DNA of 64,000 nucleotides from Deinococcales bacterium (GTDB taxonomy: Bacteria > Deinococcota > Deinococci > Deinococcales > Trueperaceae): assembly GCA_012515535.1 (NCBI GenBank), contig JAAYYF010000147.1, forward strand, positions 782 through 64,781. The letters are read 5' to 3'. This document shows positions 1-8,910 of the stretch, in pieces. The notes beneath the pieces were generated by a model that made no database searches, was not told the DNA's origin, and saw nothing but the letters and a program-made list of their open reading frames with translations. A program made the position numbers and the translations under genes. The first letter of the stretch is position 1, and every line of letters begins with the position of its first letter.

Positions 1-1
1 C

Positions 2-511
2 GAGGAGTACCGCCTCACCTCGACCCCCGCCAGCGCGGCCGCGGCCGACGCCTACTTCGGCCGGGTGTTCGCCCAGCGCGCCGCGGGCACGGCCCACCCG
101 GTGGCGGTGGTGCTGCGCGACGGCGGGCGCGTGGTGGGCACCAGCCGCCTCAGCGAGGTGGAGCTCGGCCACCGTCGCTGCGAGCTGGGCTTCAGCTGGC
201 TCGACCCTGCGTGCTTCGGCACCGGCGTAAACGTGGAGTCGAAGCTGCTGCTGCTGGCCTTCGCCTTCGAGCGCCTCGCGATGCACCGCGTGCAGATCCA
301 CACCGACACGCGCAACCTCCGCTCGCAGCGCGCCATCGAGGCGCTCGGCGCGCGCCAGGAGGGGGTGCTGCGGCGCCACCAGGTGGCCAAGGACGGCTAC
401 GTGCGCGACACGGTGGTCTACGGCATCACCGACCTCGACTGGCCCGAGGTGCGGGCGCGGCTCGAGGGGCGCCTGGCGAGGAGCCTGGCGCGGCGCGCGG
501 TCGCCGGCTAG
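2..511 (+). CDS. GNAT family N-acetyltransferase (RimJ/RimL-like); 5' end probably outside the window
   Basis: ORF 65..511 stays open in frame back to base 2. Core RCELGFSWLDP...GTGVN...LLLAFAFERLAMHRVQIHTD.RN.RSQRAIEALGA..EG.LRRH is typical of RimJ/L-type GNATs. Confidence 0.75.
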   Translation, partial: EEYRLTSTPASAAAADAYFGRVFAQRAAGTAHPVAVVLRDGGRVVGTSRLSEVELGHRRCELGFSWLDPACFGTGVNVESKLLLLAFAFERLAMHRVQIHTDTRNLRSQRAIEALGARQEGVLRRHQVAKDGYVRDTVVYGITDLDWPEVRARLEGRLARSLARRAVAG

Positions 512-533
512 GGGAGAGCGGTCCCGTGACGAC

Positions 534-565
534 GCGGGCCCGGGACGGTCGCGTCCCGGGCCCGC
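534..565. terminator. Bidirectional terminator hairpin between convergent genes
   Basis: Perfect 13-bp inverted repeat GCGGGCCCGGGAC / GTCCCGGGCCCGC with a 6-nt loop. It lies between the GNAT stop (511) and the crp stop (587). Confidence 0.6.
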
Positions 566-586
566 TGCTTCCGGCCGGCCGGCGGC

Positions 587-1294
587 TCAGCGGATGCCGT
601 GCAGGATCTCCTCGAGCCCCTCGGGGTCGGTGATGAAGACCTCCTTGGGGCGCGTCTCGATGACGCCCTCGCCCTCGAGCGCCTTCAGCGCGCGCGTGAC
701 GGTCTCGCGCGAGGTGCCGGCCAGGTTGGCCAGCTCCTGGTGGGTGAGGCGCACCAGGGCGCGCTCGGCGTCGCGCTCGATGACGCCGCCGTTGTAGAGC
801 CGCAGCAGCACGTAGGCCACGCGCCCCTGGGCGTCCTTGTAGGAGAGGATCTGCGACTCGTCGTCCATGCCGCGCAGGCGCGAGGCCAGCGTGGCCGTGA
901 GGTTGAGGCTGATGGACGGGTAGTCGGAGATGAGCTTGCGGAAGTCGTCGTGGAACAGCAGGTAGGCGTGCACCTCGTTGAGGGTGACCACCGTGGCGCT
1001 GCGGGTGCTCTCGCCGACCAGCGCCATCTCGCCGAAGAACTCGGGCGGCTGCAGGATCGCGAGGGTCTTCTCGTGGCCGCCGAGGTCGACCTTGGAGAGC
1101 TTCACGAGGCCCTGCGCCAGGATGTAGAGCGCCTCGCCCTTGTCGCCTTCCTGGAAGATGGTGGTCCCGGGCTCGTAGACGCGCTTGCGCACCGCCGAGG
1201 CGGAGATCTCGAGCGCACGCTCGGGGGCGTTCTGGAACAGGGGCACCTGCTTCAGGAGTTCGATCAGTTCGCTCTGGTTGGCTTGGCTTATCAC
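587..1294 (-). CDS. Crp/Fnr family transcriptional regulator (cNMP-binding domain + C-terminal HTH)
   Basis: cNMP-binding core (IFQEGDKGEALYILAQGLVKL...FFGEMAL) and HTH (LTHQELANLAGTSRETVTRALKALE). Start moved to GTG 1294, which has GGAG 6 nt upstream. The longer track ORF adds only a low-complexity extension. Confidence 0.9.
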   Translation of the reverse strand: MISQANQSELIELLKQVPLFQNAPERALEISASAVRKRVYEPGTTIFQEGDKGEALYILAQGLVKLSKVDLGGHEKTLAILQPPEFFGEMALVGESTRSATVVTLNEVHAYLLFHDDFRKLISDYPSISLNLTATLASRLRGMDDESQILSYKDAQGRVAYVLLRLYNGGVIERDAERALVRLTHQELANLAGTSRETVTRALKALEGEGVIETRPKEVFITDPEGLEEILHGIR

Positions 1295-1356
1295 TGAAGC
1301 TCCTTCACGAAAGGGCCGCGCGAAGAGTCGAAGCTGGACGAGTGAGTGCTGCCACG

Positions 1357-1362
1357 TATAGT
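1357..1362 (+). promoter_or_regulatory. Putative -10 box (TATAGT) directly upstream of the ABC ATPase start; near-leaderless
   Basis: TATAGT lies 5 nt before GTG 1368 (11 nt before ATG 1374). No Shine-Dalgarno between. Same layout as several other units in this window. Confidence 0.4.
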
Positions 1363-1367
1363 AACCC

Positions 1368-2072
1368 GTGGCGATGGTCCTGACGTGCGAAGGCGTGATG
1401 CGCCGCTTCCGAGCGCCCGGCCCCGACGCGGGCGGCGACGTCGAGGTGCTGTCGGGCGCGTCGCTCTCCGTGGCCGCGGGCGAGGTGGTGGCCGTGCTCG
1501 GGCCCAGCGGCTCGGGCAAGAGCACGCTGCTGCACCTGCTCGGGGGCCTCGACCGCCCCGACGCCGGGCAGATCTGGTGGGGCGGCTTCCCGGTGCACGA
1601 GCACGCCCCCAGCGACCTGGCCGAGCGCCGCGCGCGCTACGTGGGGCTGGTGTTCCAGCATCACTACCTCCTGTCGGACCTGACGCTCCTGGAGAACGTG
1701 GCCCTCCCGAGCCGGATAATCGGACGCCCGGATGAGGAGAGGGCGGGAGAGCTCCTCACCCGCGTCGGGCTCGAGCACCGCCTCGGCTTCCGGCCGTCGC
1801 GCGTGTCGGGCGGCGAGCGGCAGCGCGCCGCCGTCGCCCGCGCCCTGGCGCTGCGCCCGCCTTTGGTGCTGGCCGACGAGCCCACCGGCTCGCTCGACCG
1901 TCACCGCGCCGCCGAGGTGCTGCTCCTGCTCCTCGAGCTGGCCGCCCAGGAGGGCGCCGCGGTGGTGATGGTCACCCACGACGAGCCGCTCGTGAGCCAG
2001 GCGGGGGTGCGGCTCTTGCGCCTCGAGGAGGGGCGCCTGCGCGAGGCGAGCGAGCGGGCGGCCGCCACCTGA
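1368..2072 (+). CDS. ABC transporter ATP-binding protein, LolD/MacB/FtsE-like, with no adjacent permease
   Basis: Walker A GPSGSGKST, signature SGGERQR, Walker B LVLADEPT, H-loop VTHD. Alternative start ATG 1374. Confidence 0.9.
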   Translation: MAMVLTCEGVMRRFRAPGPDAGGDVEVLSGASLSVAAGEVVAVLGPSGSGKSTLLHLLGGLDRPDAGQIWWGGFPVHEHAPSDLAERRARYVGLVFQHHYLLSDLTLLENVALPSRIIGRPDEERAGELLTRVGLEHRLGFRPSRVSGGERQRAAVARALALRPPLVLADEPTGSLDRHRAAEVLLLLLELAAQEGAAVVMVTHDEPLVSQAGVRLLRLEEGRLREASERAAAT

Positions 2073-2127
2073 GGGCGTGCGGCGCGGCGCGCCCCGTGGG
2101 CGGAGCTAGCGGTCGCGCCAGGCACGG

Positions 2128-2166
2128 TGATATATACTTCACGCGAGTCTAGACCAGTGGTTCTAG
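2128..2166 (+). promoter_or_regulatory. Putative extended -10 promoter (TGaTATATACT) plus imperfect palindromic operator
   Basis: TG at 2128-2129 and TATATA/TATACT at 2131-2138, in a locally AT-richer stretch. CTAGACCAgTGGTTCTAG at 2149-2166 has arms CTAGA-CCA / TGG-T-TCTAG. It lies about 65 nt upstream of SBP ATG 2232. Confidence 0.4.
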
Positions 2167-2231
2167 CGCACTCCGACCGGGCGTGCGCCGTTCCGCATAG
2201 ACTTCGCGACACATGTAACCGGAGGTCACGA

Positions 2232-3794
2232 ATGAAGCGCTTGATCGCCCTGCTGGCAGCCCTCGCCCTCGTTGGCACGGCTGCGGCACAAACCTTGATC
2301 GTCGGCCAGTCCGGCCTGCCCGTCACCCTCGACACGGGCCAGGACGGCAACTCCCTCACCCCCGCCATCCAGGTCGTGGAGCGCCTCGTGGGCTTCGCCC
2401 AGGGCAGCGCCCAGGTCGAGCCGCTGCTGGCCACCAGCTGGGAGCCCAACGACGACTCCAGCGTGTGGACCTTCCACCTGCGCGAGGGCGTGTCGTTCAC
2501 CGACGGCACCCCGTTCAACGCCGAGGCCGTGAAGTTCAACTTCGACCGCTGGAACCTCCGCGACCACGAGTACAACTTCGTCGACGAGGGCAAGGACTTC
2601 ACCTCCTTCACCTACGTCTTCGGCGGCTACCACGGCGACCCGGGCTACCAGATCGAGTCCGTCGAGGTCGTCGACGAGTACACCGTGCGCTTCAACCTCA
2701 CCGGCTCGATCGGCTTCTTCCCGCAGCAGCTGGCCAGCGCCTACTTCGGGCTGCACAGCCCCGCGGCCGTCGCCGCCGGCGGCATCGAGTACGGCACCCC
2801 CTCGGTGGGCGTCGTGGGCACCGGTCCGTTCGTCTTCACCGAGTGGATCGACGGTGACCGCGTCGTGCTGACCCGCAACGACGACTACTGGGGCCAGGTC
2901 GCCGGCGTGGAGCGCATCGTGTTCCGCGGCATCGAGTCGCCGACCACGCGCCTCGCCGAGCTCGAGGCCGGCAGCATCGACATGGCGCTCAACCTGTCGC
3001 CCGAGAGCTACGACATCGTGGCCAACAGCAGCGACTTCCGTCCGGTGAGCGCCGAGTCCGACCTGGTGATCGGCTACCTCGGCATGCACCAGGCCAACTC
3101 GCCGTTCGACGACCTGCGCGTGCGCCAGGCGTTCGCCTACGCCATCGACAAGGAAGCCGTCGTCGACGCGTTCTACGGCGAGCTCGCCAGCGTGGCCAAC
3201 GAGTTCGTGCCGCCGGGCCTCTTCGGTCGCCTCGACCAGGACCCCTACCCGTACGACCCCGAGCGCGCCCGCGAGCTCCTCGCGGAGGCCGGCTACCCCA
3301 ACGGCTTCGACACGCAGTTCTGGTACATGCCCGTGTCGCGCCCCTACTACCCGGCGCCGCGCGACGTGGCCGAGGCCGTGGCCAGCTACCTGGCCGACGT
3401 GGGCATCCGCGCCGAGCTCATGACCGAGGACTGGGGCATCTACCTCGAGGACTACCTCCAGGGCAAGTTCCCCATCTACATGCTGGGCTGGAGCGCCGAC
3501 TTCGCCGACCCCGACAACTTCATCTCCTCGTTCTTCAACGAGGCGAACGCCCAGGGCTTCGGCTACGACAACCCCGAGCTCTTCACCCTGATCTCCGACG
3601 CGCAGCAGGCCGGCAGCCTCGCCGAGCGCGAGCTGCTCTACCAGCAGATCGCCCAGGTGCTGCACGACGACCTGCCCGCGCTGCCGTTCGTCAACCCCCG
3701 CACCCTGAACGGCGTGCGCAACAACGTCGACGGCTTCTACCCGAACGCCCTCGGCAGCACGGTCCCGTTCAACACCATCACCAAGCAGGAGTGA
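2232..3794 (+). CDS. ABC transporter substrate-binding protein, family 5 (Dpp/Opp/Nik type)
   Basis: Signal peptide MKRLIALLAALALVGTAAAQ. Family-5 SBP length and motifs (e.g. LATSWE...D..VWTFHLREGV.F.DG). ATG 2232 is preceded by GGAGG at 2221-2225. Confidence 0.9.
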   Translation: MKRLIALLAALALVGTAAAQTLIVGQSGLPVTLDTGQDGNSLTPAIQVVERLVGFAQGSAQVEPLLATSWEPNDDSSVWTFHLREGVSFTDGTPFNAEAVKFNFDRWNLRDHEYNFVDEGKDFTSFTYVFGGYHGDPGYQIESVEVVDEYTVRFNLTGSIGFFPQQLASAYFGLHSPAAVAAGGIEYGTPSVGVVGTGPFVFTEWIDGDRVVLTRNDDYWGQVAGVERIVFRGIESPTTRLAELEAGSIDMALNLSPESYDIVANSSDFRPVSAESDLVIGYLGMHQANSPFDDLRVRQAFAYAIDKEAVVDAFYGELASVANEFVPPGLFGRLDQDPYPYDPERARELLAEAGYPNGFDTQFWYMPVSRPYYPAPRDVAEAVASYLADVGIRAELMTEDWGIYLEDYLQGKFPIYMLGWSADFADPDNFISSFFNEANAQGFGYDNPELFTLISDAQQAGSLAERELLYQQIAQVLHDDLPALPFVNPRTLNGVRNNVDGFYPNALGSTVPFNTITKQE

Positions 3795-3829
3795 GCCAGC
3801 CGCAGTAAGCTGTGCCTAGTCTCGCAACC

Positions 3830-3859
3830 CGCGGTGGGAGGTGCTACCCTCCCACCGCG
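3830..3859 (+). terminator. Intercistronic stem-loop after the SBP gene (partial terminator or mRNA stabiliser)
   Basis: Perfect 12-bp stem CGCGGTGGGAGG / CCTCCCACCGCG with a 6-nt loop, 36 nt after the SBP stop. No U-tract. Confidence 0.5.
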
Positions 3860-3886
3860 CTGCGTTCGCACCTTCGGGGTACCTGA

Positions 3887-4939
3887 GTGTTCGCCTACGC
3901 CACCCGTCGTCTCCTCGGCCTGATCCCGGTGCTGTTCGGGGTCAGCCTCCTCGTGTTCCTCATCCCCCGCGTGGTGCCCGGCGACCCGGCCACCATCATG
4001 CTCGGGGAGCGCTCCTCGGAGGCCAACCGCGCGCGCCTGCGCGCCGAGCTCGGCCTCGACCGCCCCCTCTTCCTGAACCTCGAGGGGCTCGCCGAGGAGG
4101 GCCTGCCCGGTCTCTTCGACTCCCAGTATTTCGACTTCATGTCGAGCGTCCTGGTCCTCGACTTCGGCCGCTCGATCTACTCGTTCATCCCGGTGCGCGA
4201 CGGGCTGTTCCAGCGCTTCCCCGCCACCGTCGAGCTGGCGCTGATGGCGATGCTGTTCGCGGTGGTGTTCGGGGTGCCGCTGGGGGTGATCGCGGCGCTC
4301 CGGCGCGGCACCATCACCGACACGGCCGTGACCATCGTGGCGCTCGCCGGGGTGTCGTTCCCGGTCTTCTGGCTGGGCATCATCTTCATCTACGTCTTCG
4401 CCGTCAACCTGGGCTGGCTGCCCTCGTCGGGGCGCATCAGCGTCACCTCCGCGGTGCCCGGCGGCACCGGCTTCTACGTGCTCGACGGCCTGCTGCACGG
4501 CCGCTGGGGGTTCGTGGTCGACGCCCTGCGCCACCTGGTCATGCCCGCCGTGGCGGTGGGCACCATCCCGCTGGCGATCGTGGTGCGCATGACGCGCTCG
4601 GCGATGCTCGAGGTGCTGTCGCAGGACTACATCCGCACCTCGCGCGCCAAGGGGCTGGCGCCGCGCACCGTCACCCTCAAGCACGCCCTGCGCAACGCCC
4701 TGCTGCCGGTGGTCACCATCATCGGCCTCAGCTTCGGCTCGCTGCTGTCGGGCGCGATCCTCACCGAGACGGTGTTCTCGTGGCCCGGCATCGGCCGCTG
4801 GATCTACCAGGCCATCGCCGGCCGCGACTACCCGATCATCCAGGGCGGGGTCCTGTTCGTGGCGTTCGTGTTCGTGATCGTCAACCTACTCGTGGACCTC
4901 TCCTACAGCCTCATCGACCCAAGGATCCAGTACTCGTGA
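3887..4939 (+). CDS. ABC peptide/oligosaccharide-type permease (DppB/OppB-like)
   Basis: N-terminus FAYATRRLLGLIPVLFGVSLLVFLI..VPGDP and an EAA-loop region (YIRTSRAKGL) typical of DppB-family permeases. GTG start. Confidence 0.9.
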   Translation: MFAYATRRLLGLIPVLFGVSLLVFLIPRVVPGDPATIMLGERSSEANRARLRAELGLDRPLFLNLEGLAEEGLPGLFDSQYFDFMSSVLVLDFGRSIYSFIPVRDGLFQRFPATVELALMAMLFAVVFGVPLGVIAALRRGTITDTAVTIVALAGVSFPVFWLGIIFIYVFAVNLGWLPSSGRISVTSAVPGGTGFYVLDGLLHGRWGFVVDALRHLVMPAVAVGTIPLAIVVRMTRSAMLEVLSQDYIRTSRAKGLAPRTVTLKHALRNALLPVVTIIGLSFGSLLSGAILTETVFSWPGIGRWIYQAIAGRDYPIIQGGVLFVAFVFVIVNLLVDLSYSLIDPRIQYS

Positions 4940-5856
4940 CCGACGCGACCGCAACCACCGCACCCGTACGCGGCAGCTCGCTGGGGCGCGACGTGCTCCG
5001 GCGCCTGCTGCGCCACCCCACCGGTATCCTCGGCGCGGCCATCATCGTGCTCTTCATCCTCTCGGCCATCTTCGCGCCGCTGCTGCGCCCCGGCGACCCG
5101 CTGCGCTCCGACCTGCGCAGCCGCAACATCCCGCCCACGCTCGTGATGAGCCCGACCGACCTCGACGCCCGCGGGCTGTCGCGCGGCGACTACCCGCTCG
5201 GCACCGACGCCCAGGGCCGCGACCTGCTGCGGCGCGTGCTCTACGGCGGGCGCATCAGCCTGCGCGTGGGGCTGCTAGCGGTGCTGATGGCCATGAGCGC
5301 CGGCACCGTCCTGGGCCTCATCGGCGGCTACTTCGGCGGCCGCGTCGACATGTTCGTGGTGTGGCTCGTCGACATCCTGCTGGCGTTCCCCGGCATCCTG
5401 CTGGCCATCTCGATCGTGGCGGTGCTAGGGCCGAGCCTCACCAACGCCCTGATCGCCATCAGCATCACGCAGATCCCCATCTACACGCGCATCGTGCGCT
5501 CGGCCACGCTGGCGCTCAAGGGCAGCGAGTACGTGCAGGCCGCCCAGGCGCTCGGCTCGGGCGCGCCGCGCATCGTCTTCGGCCACATCCTGCCCAACAG
5601 CCTCTCGCCGCTGCTGGTGCAGATCACCATGTCGACGGGCACCGCCATCCTCGACGTGGCGGCGCTCGGCTTCCTGGGGCTGGGGGCGCAGCCGCCCGCC
5701 GCCGAGTGGGGCGTGATGATCTCCGACGGCTTCAACCGCTTCCGCGAGGCGCCGTGGCTGTCGATCGCCCCCGGCCTGGCGATCTTCCTGTCGGTGATCG
5801 GCTTCAACCTGCTCGGCGACGCCGCGCGCGACGCCCTCGACCCGCGCCTCAACTGA
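4936..5856 (+). CDS. ABC peptide/oligosaccharide-type permease (DppC/OppC-like)
   Basis: Second half of track ORF 3841..5856. DppC-type motifs (PLGTDAQGRDLLRRVLYGGRISL, YVQAAQALGSG..RIVFGHILPN). GTG 4936 overlaps the upstream stop (GTGA). Confidence 0.9.
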   Translation: MTDATATTAPVRGSSLGRDVLRRLLRHPTGILGAAIIVLFILSAIFAPLLRPGDPLRSDLRSRNIPPTLVMSPTDLDARGLSRGDYPLGTDAQGRDLLRRVLYGGRISLRVGLLAVLMAMSAGTVLGLIGGYFGGRVDMFVVWLVDILLAFPGILLAISIVAVLGPSLTNALIAISITQIPIYTRIVRSATLALKGSEYVQAAQALGSGAPRIVFGHILPNSLSPLLVQITMSTGTAILDVAALGFLGLGAQPPAAEWGVMISDGFNRFREAPWLSIAPGLAIFLSVIGFNLLGDAARDALDPRLN

Positions 5857-5920
5857 GCCGCGCGGCGCCACGGTCCGGGCGCCCTTGACCCGCGCCGGCC
5901 GCTTGCGTGAGAGTTGGGGG

Positions 5921-7288
5921 ATGAGCCTCGCCAGCGACCTCACCGCGCTCCTCGGCGCGGAGCAGGTGGACGTAAGCGACGCGGTGCGCGCCCAGCACTC
6001 CCGCGGCGAGGCGTACGCCGGCGCCGTGCTGCCCGACGTGGTGGTGTTCCCGCGCGCCACCGCGGAGGTGGCGCGGCTGCTCGCGTACGCCAGCGCCCAC
6101 GGGGTGCCCGTCACGCCCGTAGGCGCCAACTCCAGCCTCGAGGGCCACACCGTGCCGGTGCGGGGCGGGGTGTCGCTCGACCTCACGCGCATGGACCGCG
6201 TGCTCGAGGTGCGGCCGCAGGACCTGCTCGCGGTGGTGCAGCCGGGCGTCACCTACCCGCGGCTCAACGAACGCCTGCGGCACCACGGGCTGTTCTTCCC
6301 GGTCGACCCGGGCGCGCACGCCACCCTGGGCGGCATGGTGAGCACCAACGCCTCGGGCACCGCCGCCGTGCGCTACGGCACCACCGGCGACCACGTGCTG
6401 GCGCTCGAGGTCGTCACGCCCCAGGGCGAGGTGCTGCGCCTCGGCAGCCGCGCGCGCAAGTCGGCCAGCGGCTACGACCTGTGCGCGCTGTTCACCGGCG
6501 CCGAGGGCACGCTGGGGGTGATCACCGAGGTGACCGTCAAGCTCGTGGGGCTGCCCGAGGCGGTGGCCGCCGCGCGCGTGCCGTTCGCCGACGCCCTGAC
6601 GGCCACCACCTTCGTCACGCGCCTGATCCAGGCCGGCGTGCCGGTGGCGCGCTGCGAGCTCGTCGACCCCTACAGCATCCGCGCCGCAAACGCCTACTCG
6701 GGCACCAGCTTCCCCGAGGAGATGACGGTGTTCCTGGAGTTCCACGGCAACGCCCCGGGCGTCGCCGCCGAGCTGGAGCTGGCGCGCGAGCTGGCGCTGT
6801 CGCTGGGCGCCGGCGCCTTCGAGGCCGCCACCGACGCCGCCGAGCGCGAGCGCCTGTGGCGGACGCGCCACACGATGTTCTTCGCCGCCAACGCCGCCAA
6901 CCCCGGCCTCGAGAGCCTGGTGACCGACGTGGCGGTGCCGATCTCGGAGCTGCCCACCGCCGTGACCACCGCCCTGGCCGAGTGCGCCGCCGCGGGCTTC
7001 GAGGCGAACCTGGTGGGCCACGTGGGCGACGGCAACTTCCACCTGAACCTGTACCTGCCCGAGGACCCGGCCGCGCGGGCGGCCGCCAAGGGCGTCGTGG
7101 ACCGCCTCACCGAGCGCGCGCTGGCGGTGGGCGGCACCGCCACCGGCGAGCACGGCGTGGGCCTGCGCAAGCTCGGCTACATGGAGCGCGAGCACGGCGC
7201 CAGCCTCGGCCTGATGCGCGCCATCAAGCAGCTGCTCGACCCGGCGGGCATCATGAACCCGGGCAAGAAGCTGCCGGAGGCGCCGTGA
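5921..7288 (+). CDS. FAD-linked oxidase (GlcD / D-lactate dehydrogenase-like)
   Basis: FAD-binding PCMH-type N-terminal domain (VVFPRATAEVARLLAYASAHGVPVTPVGANSSLEGH) and C-terminal GEHGVG...DP.GIMNPGK. ATG 5921. Confidence 0.85.
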   Translation: MSLASDLTALLGAEQVDVSDAVRAQHSRGEAYAGAVLPDVVVFPRATAEVARLLAYASAHGVPVTPVGANSSLEGHTVPVRGGVSLDLTRMDRVLEVRPQDLLAVVQPGVTYPRLNERLRHHGLFFPVDPGAHATLGGMVSTNASGTAAVRYGTTGDHVLALEVVTPQGEVLRLGSRARKSASGYDLCALFTGAEGTLGVITEVTVKLVGLPEAVAAARVPFADALTATTFVTRLIQAGVPVARCELVDPYSIRAANAYSGTSFPEEMTVFLEFHGNAPGVAAELELARELALSLGAGAFEAATDAAERERLWRTRHTMFFAANAANPGLESLVTDVAVPISELPTAVTTALAECAAAGFEANLVGHVGDGNFHLNLYLPEDPAARAAAKGVVDRLTERALAVGGTATGEHGVGLRKLGYMEREHGASLGLMRAIKQLLDPAGIMNPGKKLPEAP

Positions 7289-8301
7289 GCCCCGCCGTCG
7301 ACCTCTACCCGCTGCGGCCGGAGCCGCGCCTGCACCGGCGCGTGTGGGGCGGCGACCGCCTGCCGGCGCTCCACCGCGGCGACCCGCCGCGCCTGGGCCC
7401 CGAGGGCGAGCCCGTGGGGGAGAGCTGGCTGGCCGGCGACGACAACGTGGTGCTGAACGGCGCCCACGCCGGGCGCACGCTGGCGGAGCTGGCGCGCGCG
7501 CTCGGCGCCGCCCTGGTGGGCGGCGCGGCGGTGGCGCGCTACGGCGCGCGCCTGCCGCTGCTGGCCAAGCTGCTCGACGCCGCCGCCGACCTCTCGGTGC
7601 AGGTCCACCCCGACGACGCCTACGCCCTGAGCGAGGAGGCCGCCAGCGGCCACCTGGGCAAGGCCGAGGCGTGGTACGTGCTCGCCGCCGAGCCGGGCGC
7701 CAGCGTTCTGTGGGGCTTCGCCCGCGACGTGAGCCGTGAGGAGGTGGCGTGCGCCGCCGCCGACGGCACGCTGCCGGCGCTGATGAACCGCGTGCCGGTG
7801 GCGCCCGGCACCGTGGTGGTGAACCCCGCCGGCACCGTCCACGCGGTGGGGGCGGGCGTGCGCCTCTACGAGATCCAGCAGGCCAGCGACCTCACCTACC
7901 GGCTGTACGACCACGGCCGCCGCGGCGCCGACGGGCGCCCGCGCACGCTGCACCTGGAGCGCGGGCTGGCGGTCGCCGACCTGCGCGGGGCGGCCTGGGC
8001 GCCCCCCGAGCCACGCGTGCTGGGCGGCGGCTGGCAGCGGCTGGTGGCGCGGCCGGAGTTCGTGCTCGACCGCGCCGAGCTGGCCGGCGCGGCGGTGGCC
8101 GGGCGCCCCGACCCGGCGAGCCTGCAGCTCGTCACGCTCACGCGCGGGCGCGCCCGCTTGGCGCCCGCCGAGCCCGAGGCCGCCTGGGAGCCGCTGGCGC
8201 TCGCCGCCGGCGACACGGTGCTCCTGCCGGCGGGCCTGGCGGGCGGCTACCTGCTGGAGGGCAGCGGCGAGGCGCTGCGCAGCGCGATGGGGTGGGCATG
8301 A
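7285..8301 (+). CDS. manA: Type I mannose-6-phosphate isomerase (cupin)
   Basis: Last third of track ORF 5914..8301. Motifs LSVQVHPDD, GKAEAWYVL, AGTVHA.G.G..LYEIQQ.SD.TYR.YD. GTG 7285 overlaps the upstream stop (GTGA). Confidence 0.8.
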   Translation: MSPAVDLYPLRPEPRLHRRVWGGDRLPALHRGDPPRLGPEGEPVGESWLAGDDNVVLNGAHAGRTLAELARALGAALVGGAAVARYGARLPLLAKLLDAAADLSVQVHPDDAYALSEEAASGHLGKAEAWYVLAAEPGASVLWGFARDVSREEVACAAADGTLPALMNRVPVAPGTVVVNPAGTVHAVGAGVRLYEIQQASDLTYRLYDHGRRGADGRPRTLHLERGLAVADLRGAAWAPPEPRVLGGGWQRLVARPEFVLDRAELAGAAVAGRPDPASLQLVTLTRGRARLAPAEPEAAWEPLALAAGDTVLLPAGLAGGYLLEGSGEALRSAMGWA

Positions 8302-8861
8302 CGCGCCTCGACCCGTCGGCGCCGCCGCCCGCCGTGGCGCTGGGCTCGACCAGCCCCGCCAAGCGCCGGGCGGTGGAGGCGGCGCTGGCCGAGCTCTACG
8401 GGCACCCGGTGGCGGTGACCACCACGGCGGCGGCCTCGGGCGTGCCCGACCAGCCGTGGGGCGAGGAGGAGACGCGCCGCGGCGCCCTCGAGCGCGCCCG
8501 CGGCGCCCTCGAGCTCGCGCCGGCCGCGGCGCTGGGGCTGGGCATCGAGGCCGGGGTGAGCGAGGAGCCCGGCTGGCCGCTGTGGACCTTCGCGTGGGTG
8601 GTGGCGCTGGACCGCCACGGCAGGCGCGGCGCCGCGCGCAGCGCCACCTTCGGCGTGCCCGAGGCGCTGGCCGCGGGCGTGCGCGCAGGCCAGGAGCTCG
8701 GCGACGCCCTCGACGCCACCTACGGGCTGGTGCGCGCCAAGGACGGCCCGGGGGCGGTGGGGGTGCTGACCTCGGGCCTGCTCGACCGTCCGGAGCTCTA
8801 CCGCACGGCCGTGATCCTGGCGCTCGTGCCGTGGCTGGCGCCGGCGGAGGAGGCCAGCTAG
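8298..8861 (+). CDS. Inosine/xanthosine triphosphatase, YjjX (DUF84) family
   Basis: N-terminal VALGSTSPAKRRAVEAAL, an acidic active-site region (VPDQPWGEEET) and GIE.GV are typical of the YjjX family. ATG 8298 overlaps the manA stop (ATGA). Confidence 0.7.
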   Translation: MTRLDPSAPPPAVALGSTSPAKRRAVEAALAELYGHPVAVTTTAAASGVPDQPWGEEETRRGALERARGALELAPAAALGLGIEAGVSEEPGWPLWTFAWVVALDRHGRRGAARSATFGVPEALAAGVRAGQELGDALDATYGLVRAKDGPGAVGVLTSGLLDRPELYRTAVILALVPWLAPAEEAS

Positions 8862-8910
8862 GCGGGCCCGGCGGCAGCGTGGGCGTGGTCGGGGAGCGCC
8901 ATGTGGGGGC

